From NCBI GenBank assembly GCA_041946805.1, contig JBHGBC010000176.1, positions 1-12,128 on the forward strand: DNA of 12,128 nucleotides, in the 5' to 3' direction. Positions within the stretch are counted from its first letter, which is position 1. Each line of letters starts with the position of its first letter. The translations under genes were made by a program, and so were the position numbers. This DNA is from a bacterium. Lineage in GTDB: Bacteria; Hinthialibacterota; Hinthialibacteria; Hinthialibacterales; Hinthialibacteraceae. Below the pieces are notes generated by a model. That model was not told the origin of the DNA, made no database searches, and was given only the letters and a program-made list of their open reading frames with translations. Shown here one piece after another: positions 6,971-12,128 of the stretch.

Positions 6971-7846
6971 TCACGGAAAATCCTTGCCGAACACGGCGCC
7001 GGGCGCGGAACGCTCCTGGGTGGCGTCCCGCGCCGCATACACAAATCCTTCCTGGAGGGAAGCCGCCCCTATTTCCCCCTCCCGGTTCATGGCGATGAAT
7101 GCCAATTGAAAATCCAGACGGTCCTTGTTCCGCTCGGCCACCCGGCGCAACAACTGCTCGCAGGCCTTTTGCGGAGAGAGGCCGTACCGCATGAACTCGA
7201 CGATGGCGAACGCCCCGCATACCTCGATGGCCCGCTCGCCCACGCCGGTTCCCACCGCGCCGCCCACGGCCTGATCCAAGTACAATCCCGCGCCGATCAA
7301 CGGCGAATCCCCCACCCGGCCGCTCCACTTCAGGGCCAGCCCGCTCGTCGAACAGGCCACCGCCAGGCCGCCCCGCGCATCCCGGGCCAGGACACCGACC
7401 GTATCATGCCCGGGGTCCGCCGGTTTTTTCTGTAGCTGCTCGGCATACCAGCTCACACTCTTCGGGGTGTTCAAGTTTTCCTCGTGGAATCCTTCCTTCA
7501 AGGCGAAGGACTGGGCCCCCGCTCCGACCAGAAAAATATGCTTGTTCTTCTCCAACACGCGCCGCGCCACGGAAATGGGATTGCGGATCCCCTCCAGCGC
7601 CGCCACCGCGCCCATGCGCCCGGTTTTCCCGTCGATGATCGCCGCGTCCAGCTGGACCACGCCCATTTCGTTGGGATAGCCTCCGTAGCCGACGCTGGGG
7701 ACTTCCGGATCGTTCTCGACGGCCCGGGCCGCCGCCTCGACGGCGTCCAGCGCGGTCCCTCCCCGGGCCAGGATCTCCCACCCGGCCTGGTTGGCTTCCC
7801 GGCCGAAATCCCACGTGGCGAGTATCAGTGGCTGGGATTGTTCCAT
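6971..7846 (-). CDS. N(4)-(beta-N-acetylglucosaminyl)-L-asparaginase (glycosylasparaginase, Ntn hydrolase, asparaginase-2 family), 291 aa
   Basis: N-terminal ATWDFG, ALDAVE, SVGYGGYP...QLDAAI, autoproteolytic site HD|TVG (Asp148-Thr149), STSG, GRVGDSPLIGAG and TGVGE. The Trp near the N-terminus and HDT favour glycosylasparaginase over isoaspartyl peptidase IaaA. Confidence 0.88.
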   Translation of the reverse strand: MEQSQPLILATWDFGREANQAGWEILARGGTALDAVEAAARAVENDPEVPSVGYGGYPNEMGVVQLDAAIIDGKTGRMGAVAALEGIRNPISVARRVLEKNKHIFLVGAGAQSFALKEGFHEENLNTPKSVSWYAEQLQKKPADPGHDTVGVLARDARGGLAVACSTSGLALKWSGRVGDSPLIGAGLYLDQAVGGAVGTGVGERAIEVCGAFAIVEFMRYGLSPQKACEQLLRRVAERNKDRLDFQLAFIAMNREGEIGAASLQEGFVYAARDATQERSAPGAVFGKDFP

Positions 7847-8045
7847 GATAAGCCTTTCCGGTGCTCACGGCCTCCAAGCCGCTTTAATCCCTTCGAGTAT
7901 GCCCTATCCTCGGAGGTTAACAAGGGTTGTGGAATTGTGCAGGCAAGGGGGGAAGGTCGAGGGCTGGACATTTCCAGACCTTTCCGGTCCTTTTGGTCTT
8001 TCGCTTCCACTCCAGATGTTGAATGGATGGTTTGGGGGGGAAAAC

Positions 8046-8092
8046 GTAGGGTGGCCTGGGAATCGCCGGAGCTCGTTGCAACGGGTTCCTAC
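8046..8092. repeat. GTAG-flanked REP-like palindrome
   Basis: GTAGG (8046-8050) ... CCTAC (8088-8092) brackets the imperfect palindrome GGAGCTCGTTGCAACGGGTTCC (8068-8089), whose core CGTTGCAACG is perfect. It starts 25 nt downstream of the stop at 8118. Confidence 0.45.
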
Positions 8093-8117
8093 AACCTGGA
8101 TTCCACTTTCCTCCGAT

Positions 8118-9341
8118 TCACCCCCGGGTATCCGCCGCGGGCATATCGAGTATCGTGTGGAGCGGATACCTCCAGATCTGTCCTTCCTCATTGGTCACCA
8201 GCAGCGAATCGTCATCGAAACAGATCCCTTCGCTCTTCTTGATCTCGATGGACACCGCATGGGCGGGCGCGGCCAGCAGGTCGGATTCCTGATTCACTCG
8301 AAAGAAATAGACATGTGTATACGAAAGCACTGCCAGGATCGCGTAGGGGGCGGAATACGCGGCGTCCGTAATGGTGTCCTTGACCTGGAAGTTCCCGATT
8401 TCCTTGGCGGTCATGGTCTGTCCCCCGGCCTCGGGTTCCAGCCGGAACACCTTGGGAACTTCCATCCGGTCCCGGTCTTTCTTCTCTTTTTTCTTCTCCT
8501 TGTCCTTGCCGGTCTCCACTTTGGTGATGACATACAACCGGCCATTCCAATGGAACAGCGCCTCGCAATTGTGCGATTCCCCGCGCCCGTAGCGGTAGGA
8601 AAGGGTCTCGAATCCCTCCACCGCCGCGGCCCCGGGAGGAGGTTCCGGCAGCCGGTAGATCTTGTATGTCTCGCGTTTCCGCGAGTTGTCCCCGAATCCG
8701 CCGATGTACAACTGGCCCACCGCGTCCCGCGTGATGGCCTCCCAATCCTCGTTGGTGATGCCTATCAGCGTCACACGCTGCAGGATGTTGCCCTCCCGGT
8801 CGAAACGGAACAGTTCGGGATCGTTGCCCTTGTCGTTATGGCCCCAGTATTGGCCGTATTCACGGGCGGGGATGATGCCCGAGAGTTCCCGCAGCGTCTC
8901 GCTGCCGATCGACGCGGTGGGATTGGAGCTGAGTTTCCGCCGGGGGAGAAACGCCACCGCCCGTTCTGGACGCCTCGGGGGCGGAACAGCGGATCGATTT
9001 GGGAGGCTTTTCCCGGTTTGGACAGACGAAGCCGCCGCAATACTTGCCCCGGACGCCGGCGCCGCCCGAACCGGGGTTGGAGGGGGTGATTGAGCCGGAA
9101 CCGTAATGGCGGGTTCAGCTGGAATGGCAACCGCGGTTTCGGCCGTCCGGGGCTGCGGTGCAGGCGTAACGCGGGGGGATTCCTGCGTGGGAGCAACCGG
9201 CGTGATCACGTCCGGGGACGAATCCTTCGCGAAGAGCGGTTGTTTCGTGGGCTCGAGACTTTTTACGGAAACATCCCCCCCGCAGGAAACACCCAATCCA
9301 ATCAGTACGACGATAGGACTGAAAAACCATCCAGGCTTCAT
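8118..9341 (-). CDS. Probable lipoprotein/secreted protein with a Pro/Ala/Thr-rich linker and an uncharacterised, probably beta-propeller, domain, 407 aa
   Basis: Signal-like N-terminus ending GLGVSC20 (non-canonical lipobox) and a low-complexity linker at ~40-125. It then shows the motifs ELSGI, WGHNDKG, NEDWEAI, LYIGGFGDN..R, NCEAL, ITDA and SEGICF, typical of a widespread hypothetical family. SD GAGGT. Confidence 0.8.
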   Translation of the reverse strand: MKPGWFFSPIVVLIGLGVSCGGDVSVKSLEPTKQPLFAKDSSPDVITPVAPTQESPRVTPAPQPRTAETAVAIPAEPAITVPAQSPPPTPVRAAPASGASIAAASSVQTGKSLPNRSAVPPPRRPERAVAFLPRRKLSSNPTASIGSETLRELSGIIPAREYGQYWGHNDKGNDPELFRFDREGNILQRVTLIGITNEDWEAITRDAVGQLYIGGFGDNSRKRETYKIYRLPEPPPGAAAVEGFETLSYRYGRGESHNCEALFHWNGRLYVITKVETGKDKEKKKEKKDRDRMEVPKVFRLEPEAGGQTMTAKEIGNFQVKDTITDAAYSAPYAILAVLSYTHVYFFRVNQESDLLAAPAHAVSIEIKKSEGICFDDDSLLVTNEEGQIWRYPLHTILDMPAADTRG

Positions 9342-9549
9342 CGGTTACCTCGAACCTCCATGGTAGAGGTGAGGCGAAGGCATCATGAAAATTCCTTCGC
9401 CCAGTCTAGCCGCCAACCCGAATCCACCGCCAATCTCGATACAATCGAATCTTTTATAACAACCGAACATAAATAAAGTAGTGATTTCCGCACTCCAACT
9501 CAAGGGCCTTGGCCTAGAGGGAATATCGTGATAGATCGATGCCCTTTTC

Positions 9550-9602
9550 CTCCGTGTTCTCCGTGTTCTCCATGTTCTCCGTGTTCTCCGCGTTCTCCGC
9601 GT
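9550..9602. repeat. 9-bp tandem repeat (CTCCGTGTT)n
   Basis: Five full units ctccgtgtt/ctccgtgtt/ctccatgtt/ctccgtgtt/ctccgcgtt (9550-9594) plus a partial ctccgcgt, followed by cgcggcggtgaa. Confidence 0.95.
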
Positions 9603-9633
9603 CGCGGCGGTGAATTCATCCAGAGGTTTTCTG

Positions 9634-10566
9634 TCACTTCCCCGCGAACTCCTTCCACCGCAGTCCGATCTCCTCCAGGGATTTCAAATCGCGGTGGATA
9701 TACAACCCGTAGCGCAGGCTGAGCTTCTCATCGCTCTGCATGACACGCGTGGCCTCATGCGTCAATGAGGCCCCCATCCAGCCATCGTTGCGGACATGAA
9801 AGTATGATGGATAATTGGGATTGCCCGGATGATCGAAGAGGGTGATCCCCTCCACGGCTTCATTCGTAACCGGCCCGGAATAATCCACCCACTTGGCTTT
9901 TTTCCAGAAGGCTTCCTTCTCGTCGACATTCCCCTCGGAGTTGCGGATCATCCCCCCGCCGTCGTTCACCCCGATGGTCTTGGCCATGCGCACGCCGATC
10001 AACCCGAAGGGGGATTGCCCCAGGACCACCTCTTTCCCGTCCGGCTGGAGGACCAAGTCGATGAGCAACAACCACTCCCCGTTGCCCAGCATCCGCATAG
10101 CGGCCGTCCGCGTCTCGCGCATCACCACCCGGCCCGTGGACTCGTCGAGCCACTCGTTTTCGGTGACGGTCCGGGCCTCGCGGCCGCCATCCTCGAACTC
10201 GACGATGCGCCGGTGCGCGATTCGGCCCTGACCCGTGTCGGCCCAAAAATCGACGCCGTTTACACTGTTGTGCGAAATCCACACCGAATTGTGGTGCTTG
10301 TGGCTTTGTTGATCGTGGGGATGCCCCATGCGGGTCAGCGAAATCCCCGACGGGCCGATGACCGGATACCAAAACGGCCGCCGCAACGCGGAACCGTAAT
10401 GATACCGGGTGAGTTCCTTCCCCTCGAATTGAAACGAGGCTTGCTCATATGGCAGCGGGATGATCTGGCACGCAGGAACCGGACGGGGATTGGGCAGTTT
10501 CTCCTGTGCCCACGCCGGAACCACAATCAGCAGCCATAAACCGGAAAACCAACACCGCGCCGTCAT
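9634..10566 (-). CDS. Secreted 'PmoA-family' (PF14100/DUF6807-like) protein of unknown function, not true methane monooxygenase, 310 aa
   Basis: Sec-type signal ending AWA. Motifs RPFWYPVIGPSG..LTR, DxxSHKHHNSVW, VDFW, FGLIGVRMA, WVDYSG, FDHPGNP and FHVRNDG. It starts 3 nt after the upstream stop, with GAGGT as SD. Confidence 0.85.
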   Translation of the reverse strand: MTARCWFSGLWLLIVVPAWAQEKLPNPRPVPACQIIPLPYEQASFQFEGKELTRYHYGSALRRPFWYPVIGPSGISLTRMGHPHDQQSHKHHNSVWISHNSVNGVDFWADTGQGRIAHRRIVEFEDGGREARTVTENEWLDESTGRVVMRETRTAAMRMLGNGEWLLLIDLVLQPDGKEVVLGQSPFGLIGVRMAKTIGVNDGGGMIRNSEGNVDEKEAFWKKAKWVDYSGPVTNEAVEGITLFDHPGNPNYPSYFHVRNDGWMGASLTHEATRVMQSDEKLSLRYGLYIHRDLKSLEEIGLRWKEFAGK

Positions 10567-10569
10567 CGC

Positions 10570-11853
10570 TCACACCTCGTTGGGAACCACAAAGGGCTTG
10601 CGGTACTCGCGCGTGAGCATCCGGTTGGCTTCCTCGTCGCCGGGGAACGTTTCCGTGGCGGGATCGAAGGTCACTTCGCGCCCCAGGCGGAAGGCGATGT
10701 TCCCCAACAGACAAAAGGCGCAGGAGAGGTAAATCTGCTCGATCTCCCCGTTGAGTTTCCCCGGGTCGTCGGCGCGGACGGCGTCGATGAAATTCTGGTA
10801 GTGATCTTCCGATTCGAGCACGCCCTGATCCGGCTCGGGCTCGGCGTTGCGGCCCAGGAAGAGTTCATATTTATCGTCGCTGATGGCCAGATAGCCCTTC
10901 GATCCGTAAAACATTCCGCCCCAGCGGATGCCATGCGCCTCGGGATTGGTGTACAAGCCCCGGACCTCGCAACTCAGGATAGTCTTATCCTCGAATTCAT
11001 ACGTGACGATCTGCGTATTGGGCGTCTGGCCCTGGTCCTTGTAGCCGTACCGCCCCCCGGTGGAGTGGATCTTCACCGGCAGGCCCTTTTGGATCCCCCA
11101 ACGGATGACATCGAGGATGTGGCTGCCGTTATTCCCCAAATCGCCATTGCCGAAATCCCAGAACCAATGCCAGTTGTAATGGATGAGATTTTCGTGATAT
11201 GGCTGCTCGGGCGCGGGCCCCAGCCACATCTCGTAATCCAGCCACTCCGGGACGGGTTTCGGCTGCGCGAAACCGATGGAATCGCGCGCGCCGAAGACCA
11301 GGGCGCGGGACATGTAGATATCCCCGATGGCCCCCTCATGCAGAAGCTGCACCGCCTTGCGGAACAGGCCGGAGGAACGGCGCTGAGGCCCCCCCTGAAC
11401 CACGCGGTTGTATTTCCGGGCCGCTTTGACCATCTGCCGTCCCTCAAAAATATTGTGCGAGACCGGCTTTTCGACATATACATGCTTGCCCGCCTGGCAG
11501 GCCCAGATGGCGGCCAGCGCGTGCCAGTGGTTGCAGGTGGCGATACTGACTGCGTCGATCGTTTGGTCATCCATAATCTTGCGGAGATCCTGAAAACGCT
11601 GCGGCGCCTTGCCCGTGGCTTTTTCCAGGTCCTCGGCGTTTTTGGCCACACGCCGTACGTCGGGATCGGCCAGCGCCACGACCTCCACGCCCGCGACCGA
11701 CGCCGCGGATTTCATCAATTCGCCGCCGCGGCCTCCCATGCCGATCACGGCCACGCGGACCCGGTCGTTCGCGCCCGCCCAGGAGTTCGAATTGCCGATG
11801 AGAGACACCCCCGCGAGGGCCGTGGAATATTTCAAAAAACTTCGCCGGTACAT
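10570..11853 (-). CDS. Tat-signal Gfo/Idh/MocA family oxidoreductase, 427 aa
   Basis: Start re-assigned to ATG 11853 (SD AAGGAG), giving MYRRSFLK (twin-arginine motif). Rossmann motif VAVIGMGGRG, AGKHVYVEKP, WLGPAP and WHWFWDFGNGDLGNNGSHILD. Confidence 0.95.
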   Translation of the reverse strand: MYRRSFLKYSTALAGVSLIGNSNSWAGANDRVRVAVIGMGGRGGELMKSAASVAGVEVVALADPDVRRVAKNAEDLEKATGKAPQRFQDLRKIMDDQTIDAVSIATCNHWHALAAIWACQAGKHVYVEKPVSHNIFEGRQMVKAARKYNRVVQGGPQRRSSGLFRKAVQLLHEGAIGDIYMSRALVFGARDSIGFAQPKPVPEWLDYEMWLGPAPEQPYHENLIHYNWHWFWDFGNGDLGNNGSHILDVIRWGIQKGLPVKIHSTGGRYGYKDQGQTPNTQIVTYEFEDKTILSCEVRGLYTNPEAHGIRWGGMFYGSKGYLAISDDKYELFLGRNAEPEPDQGVLESEDHYQNFIDAVRADDPGKLNGEIEQIYLSCAFCLLGNIAFRLGREVTFDPATETFPGDEEANRMLTREYRKPFVVPNEV

Positions 11854-11948
11854 GAGCTTCTCCTTGTGAGTTCCGGATGACCTTGAGATCCGGATGGCTA
11901 TATAGGTCCCATTGAACAAACCGGAATTCAAATTGTTAGTGAATTCCC

Positions 11949-11977
11949 ATTGTCCCGAAACCGGCCGGGAATGTCAA
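11949..11977 (-). promoter_or_regulatory. Candidate sigma70 promoter for the oxidoreductase operon
   Basis: Minus strand perfect -35 TTGACA (11977-11972) - 17 nt - GACAAT (11954-11949). Confidence 0.65.
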
Positions 11978-12028
11978 TCAAACAGGGGAAAGGGTATATC
12001 CGGGAAGGGCTGATAACCGAGGACTTTT

Positions 12029-12078
12029 GCCCAAGGTTGAAACCCCGGGCGGCTGCAAAGCCGTCCCCAGAAGGGGAC
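12029..12078. repeat. Degenerate REP-like double hairpin
   Basis: GCCCaaGGT-tgaa-ACCccGGGC (12029-12050, 2 mismatches), a 12-nt spacer, then perfect GTCCCC-agaa-GGGGAC (12063-12078). Confidence 0.55.
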
Positions 12079-12128
12079 TCCCATAAAGGCGAGACGCCAA
12101 CCAATTCCAGAGAGGCCCAGCGGGGCGA

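Noticed and set aside
7791..9089. 432-aa + strand ORF
   Set aside because: Mostly antisense to the 407-aa lipoprotein; no recognisable domain or SD.
9550..9602. Possible CRISPR array, or the 64-aa Cys/Pro-repeat ORF 9528-9722
   Set aside because: The units are 9 bp with no spacers and no cas genes. The SPC-repeat peptide is just a translation of the repeat and overlaps a real gene antisense.
9634..10566. Particulate methane monooxygenase subunit A
   Set aside because: True PmoA is a polytopic membrane protein in a pmoCAB operon. This protein is soluble after its signal peptide and has no pmoC/pmoB neighbours.
10801..11880. 359-aa + strand ORF (likewise 9829-10539)
   Set aside because: Antisense shadows of the oxidoreductase and PmoA-family genes.
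11854..11931. ORF-track N-terminal extension of the oxidoreductase
   Set aside because: ATG 11853 has SD AAGGAG and places the twin-arginine motif at the N-terminus.
31..12078. Whole window as a composite mobile element bounded by the two hairpin elements
   Set aside because: No transposase or integrase, the content is housekeeping (priA, udk), and the two elements differ considerably in sequence.

Overview
GC-rich bacterial chromosomal window with ten protein-coding genes. In order: priA (-); a divergent, membrane-anchored 551-aa orphan (+) behind a 579-bp intergenic region that is partly very AT-rich; a stand-alone RfaE2/HldC-type nucleotidyltransferase (+); and a minus-strand run of uridine kinase, RsbW-like kinase, STAS antagonist, glycosylasparaginase, a probable lipoprotein with a Pro/Ala linker, a secreted 'PmoA-family' (PF14100-like) protein and a Tat-signal Gfo/Idh/MocA oxidoreductase. 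No rRNA, tRNA, CRISPR array, transposase, phage or recognisable defence genes were seen. Intergenic spaces carry REP-like hairpins (31-75, 8046-8092, 12029-12078) and a 9-bp tandem repeat (9550-9602). Most of the window is ordinary. The best leads are an RsbV-RsbW pair with its own candidate promoter followed by udk rather than a sigma factor, the orphan protein with its structured upstream region, and the Tat oxidoreductase/PmoA-family pair. All family calls come from motif recognition by eye; no searches were run, and no novel system can be asserted from the sequence alone.
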